Positions 37,114-46,974 of a DNA stretch of 64,000 bases are shown here, piece after piece; the stretch's first letter is position 1, and every line of letters begins with the position of its first letter. The notes beneath the pieces are model-generated. The model was given only the letters and a program-made list of their open reading frames with translations, searched no databases and was not told the DNA's origin. The stretch comes from Pontiella sp. (lineage in GTDB: Bacteria; Verrucomicrobiota; Kiritimatiellia; Kiritimatiellales; Pontiellaceae): positions 224,001 to 288,000 of the forward strand of contig JBNKHE010000004.1 in assembly GCA_050290185.1 (NCBI GenBank), written 5' to 3'. Made by a program: the position numbers and the translations under genes.

Positions 37114-38412
37114 TCAATCAGTCTTCTGTGTCGCATGCAGGTAGGAGTCCAACGGAGAGGCGAACGACGTGCCCCGGTGTATTTCGCCATCATACAGGAC
37201 GCTGCCAGGAAGGAAGTCATCCGCCTTGGTATTCGAGTAGCCGGCGACATTTCCATTTTCGTCCGTGGCACCCACTGAGATGGTGGCGGGACTGGCCGCC
37301 GGGTTGACGGCAACATTGAGTCCATCGTTCCCGGCAGCAACGAAAATGGTGATCCCCTGCTCCGCGGCATACTGTACCGCATACTCTAGAAAACCGAGAT
37401 CCTCGTAGGTCCCGAAACTCAGGTTGATTATATCGATCTTTGATCCGATTGCATAATCGACCGCCCGCATGAGAATGTCGGATGAGGTCATTCCGTTTTC
37501 ATCAAACACCCGCACCGCCAATACCGGAGCCCCGATCTCCGCAGGATTCGCGCCCAAAGGGGTTATCGCTCCGGAGGCAATCAGGGCAACCAGTGTGCCG
37601 TGACCGGAAGGATCCGTCATATCGGCAGCCGGATCAACGGCGTTATAGATGCCCCGGATATAGGGCAGGTCCGCGTATTTTGGATCCAGCCCCGAGTCAA
37701 ATACAGCGATTGCCGTTTCGCCGGGAACCAGATTTAAATTCATGCCGGATCGCGTTCCGGAAATCGGAACCGCCGGATTGCCGTCGCCGGAAAAGGCGCG
37801 ATTCGGTTCTGCCGCCTTCACCTTATCCTGCGCCGATGCGATAGCCATCGCATCTTCAACAGACAGCCCTTCCCTGAGCTTGATGCGGTAGATTCCGGGA
37901 GGATCGATGACTTCGATCACGGTGCCGCCAAGCTTATCCAGCAGCGCCTTGAGATCGTCCGTGGTCGAGCCCTCGGCAAAACCCACCATGATCTCGCCGC
38001 GGACATATTTAATACCGTTGGGCCCTTCAACGACATCCAGTACCCGCTCGCCTTTGCCCAACCTTTGAACAGACGACTCATGCCCATCGGAAAAGATGCG
38101 AATGGAGGAGACCTTGTAGAATTTTCCGAGCGGGCCATCGACCAGAGTCCATTCCAGGAGATAGCTGTGCGGACTCGCCAACTGAGAGATCACCCGGTCG
38201 ACCTTGGCGTTTTCCCAGCTACCCGGAACGCGGGCGAGGTCGAGTGACGGGTCGATCAGAACCTCCACACCGCATTGTTCAAATAGTGCCAGCACCTTGG
38301 GCAGGGAGGCCCCCTCACCGTTCAGCCATACGCGATCGCCCTCCATGCGGAGCGACGCCCCCGTGGCCATCAGCGGCAATAAAAGAAACAGGATGGCAGT
38401 CTTAAATCTCAT
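37114..38412 (-). CDS. Secreted S8 (subtilisin-like) peptidase
   Basis: Catalytic motifs AVFDSG, GHGT, AAGNDG, GTSFASP; signal peptide and propeptide. Confidence 0.85.
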   Translation of the reverse strand: MRFKTAILFLLLPLMATGASLRMEGDRVWLNGEGASLPKVLALFEQCGVEVLIDPSLDLARVPGSWENAKVDRVISQLASPHSYLLEWTLVDGPLGKFYKVSSIRIFSDGHESSVQRLGKGERVLDVVEGPNGIKYVRGEIMVGFAEGSTTDDLKALLDKLGGTVIEVIDPPGIYRIKLREGLSVEDAMAIASAQDKVKAAEPNRAFSGDGNPAVPISGTRSGMNLNLVPGETAIAVFDSGLDPKYADLPYIRGIYNAVDPAADMTDPSGHGTLVALIASGAITPLGANPAEIGAPVLAVRVFDENGMTSSDILMRAVDYAIGSKIDIINLSFGTYEDLGFLEYAVQYAAEQGITIFVAAGNDGLNVAVNPAASPATISVGATDENGNVAGYSNTKADDFLPGSVLYDGEIHRGTSFASPLDSYLHATQKTD

Positions 38413-38515
38413 ACCAGCAAAATAACGGCTTCCTTCAGGAAAACAATGCATACTTTCGCGCAGCGCAAAATCTCCGGCCTTGTCTTACGGGAAAGGACTG
38501 CATTAGAGTCCCGGC

Positions 38516-39394
38516 ATGTATCCGGATATTCATGAGGCTAAACAGATCACAGTCGCAGGCATGGTGGCCAACCTGCTTCTATCCGCGGTCAAATTTACCC
38601 TGGGTATACTGGGACACTCCCATGCGGTAATCGCCGATGCCGTACACAGCCTGTCGGATATGGTGACGGACGTACTGGTATTGTTCGGATTGAAATTCTG
38701 GTCCGCACCGGCGGACGAGCAGCACCCGTATGGCCACCAGCGCTTCGAGACCATCATCACGCTGCTGATCAGTGTATTGCTGGCCGTTGTCGCTGTTGAA
38801 ATCGGATGGGATGCCGTCGAACGCCTTGGCGGGAAAGCGAGCCGGCCCCCGCTGCTGTTTGCGGTGCTGGGCCCGGCGGTGTCGATTATCACCAAGGAGA
38901 TTCTCTTCCGCAAAACCCGGGCCGTGGGCAAACGGATCCACTCGCCGGCGCTTATCGCCAATGCCTGGCACCATCGAAGCGATGCCATGAGTTCCATTCC
39001 GGCGCTCGTGACTGTGGGCATCGCCGCCATCGGCCCGCGCTGGGCGTTTCTCGATGCGCTCGGTGCCGTCCTCGTGGCCGGACTTATTCTCAAGGTAGCC
39101 TGGGAGATCGCAGCACCGGCCCTATCCGAGCTTTCCGAACGGGGAGCCGATGAACAAGATGTTCAGCAAATCGCAAATCTGGCCAAATCGGTTACGGGCG
39201 TTTGCTCGGTTCACCGGTTGCGGACCCGCCGTCTCGGAGCCGGCCTGTTTGTCGACCTGCATGTACTGGTAAACGGCGACCAGTCGGTGCGCGAAGGCCA
39301 CGACATCGCCACCGCCGTCCAGAACCAGCTTCTCGAAAAAGGGCCGGCGGTTGCAGACGTCACCGTACACATCGAGCCGGATAACGACGATTGA
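38516..39394 (+). CDS. Cation diffusion facilitator (CDF) transporter
   Basis: ADAVHSLSD, HPYGHQRFE, NAWHHRSDA, VHIEP. Confidence 0.93.
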   Translation: MYPDIHEAKQITVAGMVANLLLSAVKFTLGILGHSHAVIADAVHSLSDMVTDVLVLFGLKFWSAPADEQHPYGHQRFETIITLLISVLLAVVAVEIGWDAVERLGGKASRPPLLFAVLGPAVSIITKEILFRKTRAVGKRIHSPALIANAWHHRSDAMSSIPALVTVGIAAIGPRWAFLDALGAVLVAGLILKVAWEIAAPALSELSERGADEQDVQQIANLAKSVTGVCSVHRLRTRRLGAGLFVDLHVLVNGDQSVREGHDIATAVQNQLLEKGPAVADVTVHIEPDNDD

Positions 39395-42300
39395 TCAGCG
39401 CTTGAGCGGAAGGAACAGCACGTCCAGTTTCTTCTCTCCGTTTTCCGGATCCTTCTCATAGCGGAACAGACGCCACATGAACGAAAGCTTGTAGTATCCG
39501 TTCTTATAGGAATCGACGGTGATCGCAGGGAAGATGTCCGTGCTCATGTCGCCATTGAGTTTTTCGTAGTGGAACAGATGCCACAGCACGCGCCGGCGGA
39601 AATAGTCGTGCCCCTCTTCTTTCGATTCCTGTTCGTGCCGGGTGTCGTACAGGATGCCCAGCAACGAAGAGGTTTCCAGCCGGCTTCCTGATATACGCCT
39701 GTCGTTGATGCGATGATGCCACAACGGGAAGAACGATTGTTGTTTTGTGTAGACATGCAATGTACGGGAACCCTCTTTCCGGCCCGCTTCGTAGTCCCAA
39801 TATTCCGATGATTCTCCCAGGGAGAGCAGGTAGTGCAGTTTTTTGGTTTCCTGCACCGTCTGCGTGGTGCCGGCTTTTGCCCCCCGAGTCTTTCCCTTCC
39901 CGGTCCAGTGGTCATAGTCATAGATTCCCAAGAACCCGTGGTTCGAGCGGTTTTCGTTCTTTCTGTAATAGCCCAAAGGGAAATAATAGCCTTGGACCGC
40001 ATCGGTCGAAAGGCTTCGCTTGTGCCAGTAAGCCGGGAAAACCCAACTCCCGGATTTACCGCTTCCGATTTCATAGCGGCCCACCAAAGGCGTGGCAAAA
40101 TAGCTCCTCTGCCGGTTTTTGCCGTAGATGGCCGAATAGAAATATTTATCCTTCTCCCACAGATAGAACGGCAGGAGATGCGAACCTTCCGTGCCCGACA
40201 AGCCCTGCCGCCAATATCCCAGACCGCCCAGCAACAGATAATCCGTGGATTCGGGGGCCTGACTCCAGCCACTCAGCAAGAGCGGAATGGCATGGTTTCT
40301 TCGATTACCCGATATCCATGTGGCATAGGGGAGCGACAGAAATGACCCTTCCTCCGGAACGGCGTAGTAGAACGGGAGCACGTAGCTGTAGGAGTATGCT
40401 CCGCCCTTCCGGTAGCCGGCCAACCCGAGCGCAAACGTCCCGCCCGAACTGTCGCTGCCGGTATGCCATCCGCTCAACAGCGGAAGAACCAGATGGTTTT
40501 TCCGGTAGTCGTCGCCCCAGGTGGAATACGGGAGCGAATAGAAGCTTCCGTCCTGCGGGGCGGAATAATAGAACGGAAATACGTAGTGATAGGGATGCTC
40601 CGTACCTGATCGATATCCGGCCAGTCCGGCGGCGATGATTCCGCGGGACATCCCTTCTTCTGAATACCAGCCGCTCAGCAACGGCGGGAGGAGACGGTAT
40701 TGCCGGTCGTCGCCGTTGCGCCATGCGCTGTATGGGAGCGAAATGAAAGATCCCTGTTTCGGGGACGCGTAGTAGAGCGGCGCAACATAGGAATAGTCAT
40801 TGGGACCTCCCCGCTGGAAGCCGACCAGCCCCGCCGCCAATATGGCGCGGGTCTTTTCATCCCCGGTTTTCCAGCCGCTCAGCAACGGTGGAATCACGTG
40901 GTTCTGTTTTCCATCATCATCCCAGGTCGAATACGGCAATGAGACGAATGTACGATCCCGGGGAGCCCGGTAGTAGAACGGGAATACATAGTGCGAGCTT
41001 CCGGTTTCACTCCATCGCTGGGCAGCCAATCCGCCGAGGTAGATGTTGCGCCCGGAATCTGCATTCTTTGCCCCGCCGCTCAACAACGGCAATGCCATCC
41101 AGTTTTCCTGGTCGCCCAGCCGCCAGCGGCCGCCAAGCAACGTCATGAAATGCGCGTCATAATCTTCGTTCACATAGACCAACGGGATATAGCAGCGCCA
41201 GGCCAGCGATCCATCGTCATGCAGCTTACGGGCATAAAACGGAGTGACCAGGATCGAGCCATCGGCGGATCGGGCGCTGTAATAAAACGGGAAAGAAGCC
41301 TTCCACGCCGTTCCATCCGGATGTTTTTCCGCCATCCAAACCGGCGAATAGAACGAAGAAGAATTTGGCGTATAGTTCCGATAGTAGAGCGGAATGGTCG
41401 TGTCCCAGCCGGATCCATCAGCCTTTTTCCGGCTTAACCACGGTAGGGAATAGAACGACGAAGCCTCGGCCGAAAAGTCCCGGTAAAAGAGCGGAACCGA
41501 AGCCTGCCACCCGGAACCATCCGCACGCTTTTTTGAGAGCCACGGCAGCGAGTAGAAGGCCGATCCCTCGTCGGAATAGCTGCGGTAGTACAACGGAGCA
41601 AGTGCATGCCAGCCCGAACCATCGGCATACTTCTTCATCCACCAGGGCAATGTATACAGGGATGTTGATTGCGGGTTCGAGCTGTAGAAATAAAGCGGAA
41701 ACGAGCTGTTCCAGCCGGTGCCATCGGCATACTTCTTGCGCATCCACGGCAGGGAATAAAACGAAGAATACTGGTCGGAATAGCCATGGTAATAGGCCGG
41801 CACAACAGCACTGAATCCGGAACCGTCAGCCCGCTTTTTCCACCACCACGGCAGGGTGTATAATGCCGTGGCTTCAGGATTGGAGCCGTAGTAGTAAACA
41901 GGCAGAAGATGGTGATGCCGGCTGTCCGGTGACGAGGCCAGCCCCCCCAATCCCAGGGCATACCAGCTACATGACCAGTCATCCCCCGTGCGTCCCCACG
42001 ACAAAGCAGGGAACAGCGTCCAACTGGTGAGGCTCCCTTGCCAGGTTCGCTGCCACAGCGGCAAGGCCAGATCCCAGCTCCTGCCGCCCGGATTTTTCGC
42101 CAGGCTACGGCTGTAGGGCAACGATAGGAAAGTGGAACGTTGGCCGGTTTTTGCATAGGCGTAAGCCGGGATGACCCAGCTCCCCGAGCCGGCCCTATTC
42201 GTATAGGAGTGGATCAACGGCCATACAACATCGCGTTCAAGAGAACCCGGAGTCTGCTTCATCCCGTAAACCGGCCAGAGGTGCCAGGCATTCCAGGTGT

Positions 42301-42796
42301 CGTAGCGATGCCGTGCATAGAACGGCCATGCCAGATGCAGCGAGTTGCCGCGTTCCTTGTTCTGCCAGATCCACAGCGGAAACAAGGCATCGTGGCCGGT
42401 ACCCGCCAGCGGGCGACCTTCATGCCAGTACAGGGGCAGCACATTGAAATAATCATCACCCCAATAAACCGGAAAGAAACGATAATCCTTTTCAGCGGGA
42501 GCGAAGCGCCCGAGCGGCCACAAGACGTTGTAGACCGGATGGTCCGTGTCCAGGTCGTACGCCGAATACACCGGCCGAACCGCCTGATGTTCCGGGCTGA
42601 ATTCCATCAAAGGCCATAGAACAGCCAGTGCGGGATCGCGGTAGTAGACGATGGGCCAAAGATTAAACCGATCCGCAGCCGGACCTTCACGCTTCTCATA
42701 TTCCCCGGAATAAAACGGCGTCCCTTTCATAGACGTCGTACTGCATCCGGCCGACAACAACACTCCAACTGCCAGCGGCAGAATCCATTTCTTCAT
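39395..42796 (-). CDS. Large lipoprotein built of aromatic-rich tandem repeats, function unknown
   Basis: Lipobox LSAGC after ATG 42796; repeated FYSLPW..K..DG.GW...PLYY and FxSLPY..W..PLLSGW units. Confidence 0.75.
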   Translation of the reverse strand: MKKWILPLAVGVLLSAGCSTTSMKGTPFYSGEYEKREGPAADRFNLWPIVYYRDPALAVLWPLMEFSPEHQAVRPVYSAYDLDTDHPVYNVLWPLGRFAPAEKDYRFFPVYWGDDYFNVLPLYWHEGRPLAGTGHDALFPLWIWQNKERGNSLHLAWPFYARHRYDTWNAWHLWPVYGMKQTPGSLERDVVWPLIHSYTNRAGSGSWVIPAYAYAKTGQRSTFLSLPYSRSLAKNPGGRSWDLALPLWQRTWQGSLTSWTLFPALSWGRTGDDWSCSWYALGLGGLASSPDSRHHHLLPVYYYGSNPEATALYTLPWWWKKRADGSGFSAVVPAYYHGYSDQYSSFYSLPWMRKKYADGTGWNSSFPLYFYSSNPQSTSLYTLPWWMKKYADGSGWHALAPLYYRSYSDEGSAFYSLPWLSKKRADGSGWQASVPLFYRDFSAEASSFYSLPWLSRKKADGSGWDTTIPLYYRNYTPNSSSFYSPVWMAEKHPDGTAWKASFPFYYSARSADGSILVTPFYARKLHDDGSLAWRCYIPLVYVNEDYDAHFMTLLGGRWRLGDQENWMALPLLSGGAKNADSGRNIYLGGLAAQRWSETGSSHYVFPFYYRAPRDRTFVSLPYSTWDDDGKQNHVIPPLLSGWKTGDEKTRAILAAGLVGFQRGGPNDYSYVAPLYYASPKQGSFISLPYSAWRNGDDRQYRLLPPLLSGWYSEEGMSRGIIAAGLAGYRSGTEHPYHYVFPFYYSAPQDGSFYSLPYSTWGDDYRKNHLVLPLLSGWHTGSDSSGGTFALGLAGYRKGGAYSYSYVLPFYYAVPEEGSFLSLPYATWISGNRRNHAIPLLLSGWSQAPESTDYLLLGGLGYWRQGLSGTEGSHLLPFYLWEKDKYFYSAIYGKNRQRSYFATPLVGRYEIGSGKSGSWVFPAYWHKRSLSTDAVQGYYFPLGYYRKNENRSNHGFLGIYDYDHWTGKGKTRGAKAGTTQTVQETKKLHYLLSLGESSEYWDYEAGRKEGSRTLHVYTKQQSFFPLWHHRINDRRISGSRLETSSLLGILYDTRHEQESKEEGHDYFRRRVLWHLFHYEKLNGDMSTDIFPAITVDSYKNGYYKLSFMWRLFRYEKDPENGEKKLDVLFLPLKR

Positions 42797-42945
42797 TACA
42801 CACCCTCCAATCAACGGTTGATGCCTCCCGCTCCGCCAACTCATCGCAAACTATCACGCTCTTATAGGGATTTTAACAGCCAAAAACGTCGCGAGCTGAA
42901 TGCGTTTGACCTGCCATGACTAAATCCGCACAATCCCGCGCCGAT

Positions 42946-43728
42946 ATGAAACAAGAAAAAGCAACCGTACTCGAACACCATAACTTCCAGGGCGACTACC
43001 GCATCCTCCGCCTCGGCGCACCCGCCGTGGGACCGCTGGTCAAGCCCGGACAGTTTCTTCATCTTCAGGTTCCACAGCTGGGCGACCGCATTCTGCGCCG
43101 CCCCTTCAGCATCTACAAAGCCGGCGCCGAAGGCGTGAGCATTCTCTACAAGCCGGTGGGACGCGGCACAGAGTCCATGATCTCGCTGCAAGTCGGCCAG
43201 AAGCTCGACATCATCGGCCCGCTGGGCAACGGCTATCCGAAAATGGCCCCCGGCAAGCTACCGGTTCTGGTGGCAGGCGGCTACGGCAACGCCGCACTTT
43301 ACCTGAAGGCCAAAGAACTCCCTGTCAAAGGCGTCGCCTTTTTTGGAGGACGTGCAGCGCAGGACATCCTTTGTGTCGATGAATTCAAGGAACTCGGGTG
43401 GGACGTCCGCCCCACGACCGACGATGGCTCGCTTGGGATCAAGGGTCTTGTGACCGATGCCTTCGATCCCTGGATGAAGGAGCAGGAAAACGCTACCGAT
43501 CTAGAACTGTTCGTCTGCGGCCCCAATCCCATGCTCAAAGCCATGGGCGACCGGGCAATTGAAAACGACTTCACCGCGTGGCTTTCGCTCGACAAAAACA
43601 TGGCCTGCGGAGTCGGCGCCTGCCTGACCTGCGTCATCAAGCGCAAAACCGACGATGGATGGGAATGGGCGCGTTGCTGCAAGGACGGCCCGATCTTCGA
43701 GTCCAGAGAGATTATATGGGAAGAATAG
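42946..43728 (+). CDS. pyrK: Dihydroorotate dehydrogenase B electron-transfer subunit
   Basis: PGQF, RRPFSI, GPLGNG, TTDDGS, CGPNPM, MACGVGACLTC..CKDGP; next to pyrD. Confidence 0.9.
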   Translation: MKQEKATVLEHHNFQGDYRILRLGAPAVGPLVKPGQFLHLQVPQLGDRILRRPFSIYKAGAEGVSILYKPVGRGTESMISLQVGQKLDIIGPLGNGYPKMAPGKLPVLVAGGYGNAALYLKAKELPVKGVAFFGGRAAQDILCVDEFKELGWDVRPTTDDGSLGIKGLVTDAFDPWMKEQENATDLELFVCGPNPMLKAMGDRAIENDFTAWLSLDKNMACGVGACLTCVIKRKTDDGWEWARCCKDGPIFESREIIWEE

Positions 43729-43729
43729 A

Positions 43730-43791
43730 AACCACGGAATACACAGAAAACACGGGGAACTCTCAAACCTACTTCCGTGTATGCAGTGGTT
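43730..43791. repeat. REP-like intergenic inverted repeat
   Basis: AACCACGGAATACACAGAA...TTCCGTGTATGCAGTGGTT. Confidence 0.5.
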
Positions 43792-43810
43792 GGTAAAAAC
43801 GGATTCTTAA

Positions 43811-44725
43811 ATGAGTGTAGATTTGAAAATAAAAATCGGTGCGATGGAGATGAAGAATCCGGTGACGGTGGCTTCGGGAACATTTGGCTACGGACCGGAA
43901 TATGCCGAACTGGTCGATCTGAACCGGTTGGGCGCCATCACCGTCAAGGGCATCTGCCCCGAAGAGCATATCGGAAACCAGACCCCGCGAACCTGCGAAA
44001 CGCGCGGCGGCATGCTCAATGCCATCGGCCTGCCGGGTCCGGGGGCCAAGGGTTTCATCGAAAAATATGTTCCCTTCCTGAAACAATACGACACGCCGGT
44101 TATCGTCAATATCTGGGGCAAGGCCATGGGGGATTATGGCCGGGTTGTTGAATTGCTCGATGATGAAGATACTGTATCCGCCTATGAGATCAACCTCTCC
44201 TGCCCCAACGTAAAGGAAGGCGGCTCCGCCTTCGGAACGGATGTCGACATGTTCTCGCGGGTGATCGAACTGGTCCGTGGCAAAACGCAAAAACCGATCA
44301 TCCCCAAGCTGGCACCGAACGTTTCCAATATCGGTGAGTTTGCGAAAGCGGCGGAGAACTGCGGAGCCGACGCGATCTCGATTATGAATTCGTATCCTGC
44401 CATGGCCATCAACATCGAAACCCTCGAGCCCGAGCTGGCCAACCGGACAGGCGGACTCAGTGGTCCGGCCATCAAACCGATTGCCATCAAGCTGGTATGG
44501 GATGCCGCCAAAGCCACGAAACTGCCGATCATCGGCATGGGTGGAATCTTCGAACCGGAGGATGCCATTGAATTTATGGTGGCCGGTGCAACCGCCGTCG
44601 CCGTGGGAACCGCGAACTTCATTGATCCCTCGACTGTCGACCGGGTTATCGACGGGATCGAGGCCTATCTCGTACACAAGGGCCATGCTTCGGTTCAAGA
44701 CATCGTCGGAACTGTTCGGGCATGA
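43811..44725 (+). CDS. pyrD: Dihydroorotate dehydrogenase (family 1B) catalytic subunit
   Basis: ASGTFG, GMLNAIGL, EINLSCPNV, KLAPN, GGLSGPAIKP, GMGGI. Confidence 0.95.
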   Translation: MSVDLKIKIGAMEMKNPVTVASGTFGYGPEYAELVDLNRLGAITVKGICPEEHIGNQTPRTCETRGGMLNAIGLPGPGAKGFIEKYVPFLKQYDTPVIVNIWGKAMGDYGRVVELLDDEDTVSAYEINLSCPNVKEGGSAFGTDVDMFSRVIELVRGKTQKPIIPKLAPNVSNIGEFAKAAENCGADAISIMNSYPAMAINIETLEPELANRTGGLSGPAIKPIAIKLVWDAAKATKLPIIGMGGIFEPEDAIEFMVAGATAVAVGTANFIDPSTVDRVIDGIEAYLVHKGHASVQDIVGTVRA

Positions 44726-45303
44726 CGAAACTGCGTTTTAGCGGAACACTTGCATTGGGAGCGCTCTTTACCGCTCTCATACTGTATTATTCATTTTACC
44801 AGCCCTTCATCCCCGGTGCTGTTCAACAAGCCATTCCGTCGGAATCATCGTTTGTATACCACGCAGAGTCACTGGAAGACCTGCTGCAGAGCCCGGTCTG
44901 CGCACAGCTTGATAAAACCCTGGGTGCTGGCAACTCGCTTCGCGGGCTGCTGGAGTCGAATGAATGGACCGGACTGGCCGCGGCCTCGGAGATAGCCGTA
45001 GCCGACATCCCGTTCCAGCAAGTCGGCCAGTGCAAAAGCTGGGCGGTGGCGAGCTGGGTCGGGTGGCGCAGCCCCTGGCTACGCTGGAAGCTTGAAAATG
45101 CGTCCGACAAAAACCTCATTTTTCTTGGAAAGCATTCCGTCTGGCCAGTGTGGCGCTATGATGCACCCGACATCGCCAGAGGTATGAGCCTTACCTTCGC
45201 CTTGACGGACAATCTCTTCCTGGCTTGCCTTTCCGAGAGACCTGCGGATATTGTGTTTCTGCTGGATGCCTACGACAAAGACGTTCCGACAGCCACCCCC
45301 TAA
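44722..45303 (+). CDS. Hypothetical protein with N-terminal TM
   Basis: ATGA overlap with the pyrD stop; coherent ORF. Confidence 0.65.
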   Translation: MTKLRFSGTLALGALFTALILYYSFYQPFIPGAVQQAIPSESSFVYHAESLEDLLQSPVCAQLDKTLGAGNSLRGLLESNEWTGLAAASEIAVADIPFQQVGQCKSWAVASWVGWRSPWLRWKLENASDKNLIFLGKHSVWPVWRYDAPDIARGMSLTFALTDNLFLACLSERPADIVFLLDAYDKDVPTATP

Positions 45304-45318
45304 AAAAGGACATCAACG

Positions 45319-46287
45319 ATGACCCGAAAGATTATTGCCCTACTGGCCGCCTGCACCTTGATATCAGGTTGCAACAGCATAAAAAGCGATGGTAAATCCG
45401 AAGTTCTGCTCAACGAGGACCAGATTCAAGCGGCCCTCGCGAACGCCAAGCCTCCGCAGCAGTTCGGGTTTTCGGTCTATCCCACCGTAAACAACGGAAT
45501 CGCCATGCGCGGCAGTGCCCGGTTGCATCCCAGACATGTGGCCAGCGCTAAATTTATCTCCAGCGATCTTCCGGTCATCCACATGAACGGATCCGCAGCC
45601 CGGATGACGATGAATGCACTCCTTGACCCAAGCTCAACGGAATCATGGTTTGACTTTGAAAAAGCACAGGAATTCAAGGCCAGTTTTCTGGGACTGGACG
45701 GACGAACCATTGCTTATCAGGGGAATAGCTATGTCGGCAACATCGCGGCCTATGCAGCTGTCATTCCTCAGATGCGTATCAACCAGCTCTTTATTGAAAA
45801 TTCGCCTGTGTTTGTGCGTATGGCCCTGAACTCACTGGGCCCACTGAACCGCGGCATTCAGGATTGCAAGATCCACAGCCTGATCGGATATGATATTCTC
45901 AGCACCTTTGAATATGTCCAGTTTGACCTGGATCGGGGACGCGTAAACTTTTCAGCAACCATCGCCTACACGCCAAACGAAAACCGGCTGATCGGTGAAG
46001 CTGCAATCGTCCGGGCCAGGGGAATCGGGCTGGCCGTTGCCGGTGCCGTTGGCGGAAACAAAACCCCCATTATACTCGATGTGGCCGGCAACTATGATTT
46101 TGTCGTCAACAACGCAACCGCGTCGATCACCCCGATGATCGAGCTTGGCGAAGTGGTCTATGTGAACACCCCTACGATCCAAAGCGCCACATACGATGGA
46201 CTGCCGCGCGCGGGAATCGGTATGCTCAGGAAATATGTGGTTACCGTCTGCCCCCGAAAAGGCGTGGTTTATTTCGAGCGTCCATAG
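45319..46287 (+). CDS. Lipoprotein with probable degenerate double retropepsin-like fold
   Basis: Lipobox ISGC; ALLDPSS..LIGYDIL and IILDVAG..AGIGML. Confidence 0.55.
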   Translation: MTRKIIALLAACTLISGCNSIKSDGKSEVLLNEDQIQAALANAKPPQQFGFSVYPTVNNGIAMRGSARLHPRHVASAKFISSDLPVIHMNGSAARMTMNALLDPSSTESWFDFEKAQEFKASFLGLDGRTIAYQGNSYVGNIAAYAAVIPQMRINQLFIENSPVFVRMALNSLGPLNRGIQDCKIHSLIGYDILSTFEYVQFDLDRGRVNFSATIAYTPNENRLIGEAAIVRARGIGLAVAGAVGGNKTPIILDVAGNYDFVVNNATASITPMIELGEVVYVNTPTIQSATYDGLPRAGIGMLRKYVVTVCPRKGVVYFERP

Positions 46288-46583
46288 GTGCTGGATCTTG
46301 AACGCACCAGATGCCGAAGCGCCAGAATGGGATGGTGCCGCATCATGCGCGGACCGGAAAAGCGCATGATTTCCTGAACCTGTTTGCGCATATCCGGTTT
46401 ATAGCAATGCACCGAGCACTGGTTGCAAACCGGCTTTTTGATCCCGAATGGGCATTTTTCGATGCGCTGTTGCGCATACGTCAAAAGCCCGGAACAATTT
46501 TCGCAAAGATCCTTTGCCGCACCGTGGTGGGCGCGGCAATAGATGCGGATCATGGCTTGGATCGTCCGGGCTTCGAGATTCAT
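46269..46583 (-). CDS. YgbA family (nitrous oxide-stimulated promoter) protein
   Basis: E..TI..MI.IYC..HH..C..C..YA..R..CPF..KP.C..C.VHCY..IMRFSGPRM..HP. Confidence 0.9.
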   Translation of the reverse strand: MNLEARTIQAMIRIYCRAHHGAAKDLCENCSGLLTYAQQRIEKCPFGIKKPVCNQCSVHCYKPDMRKQVQEIMRFSGPRMMRHHPILALRHLVRSRSSTYGRSK

Positions 46584-46788
46584 GCCAGATGGTTTATTCG
46601 AAAACCCAGCCCCTGCCAAGGTTGAACCGCTGGTTCGTCGCCGGTCATTTGCTTCCAAGCCATGCGGATGTTCCGTGAATACGAGGCTTTGATTTGCAAA
46701 GCCAATACTTTTTCCATCTCAAAAAAAGCGGTTTTTAAAGGGATTTTCGGGCGCTGGAAATAAAAACAAAAATAAATGCGGTTTTCGG

Positions 46789-46816
46789 GTAACGATCTGA
46801 ATTCCCACCTCGTATT
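46789..46816 (+). promoter_or_regulatory. ECF-type promoter, copy 1
   Basis: GTAAC-17 bp-CGTATT preceded by A-tracts; mirrored at 49850. Confidence 0.65.
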
Positions 46817-46819
46817 CAT

Positions 46820-46932
46820 AGTTGAACCCAACAACACCCTATTTGAAGCAAACGCAGCTCAAGTGAACCCAAACCCATTGCGTGCTTCCGATACTTACTC
46901 CGAACCCCGCCTAACCAGCGGGGTTTTATTTT
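46820..46932 (+). ncRNA. Candidate sRNA, copy 1, upstream of the kinase (5' end approximate)
   Basis: Two TGAACCCAA motifs, a stem enclosing CTCAAGTGAACCCAAACC, TTACTCC, terminator AACCCCGC-N7-GCGGGGTT-TTATTTT; paralogue at 49881. Confidence 0.65.
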
Positions 46933-46974
46933 GCCCGCAACACACGACAGTGCTACGCTTTCCTTTAACTTTTC

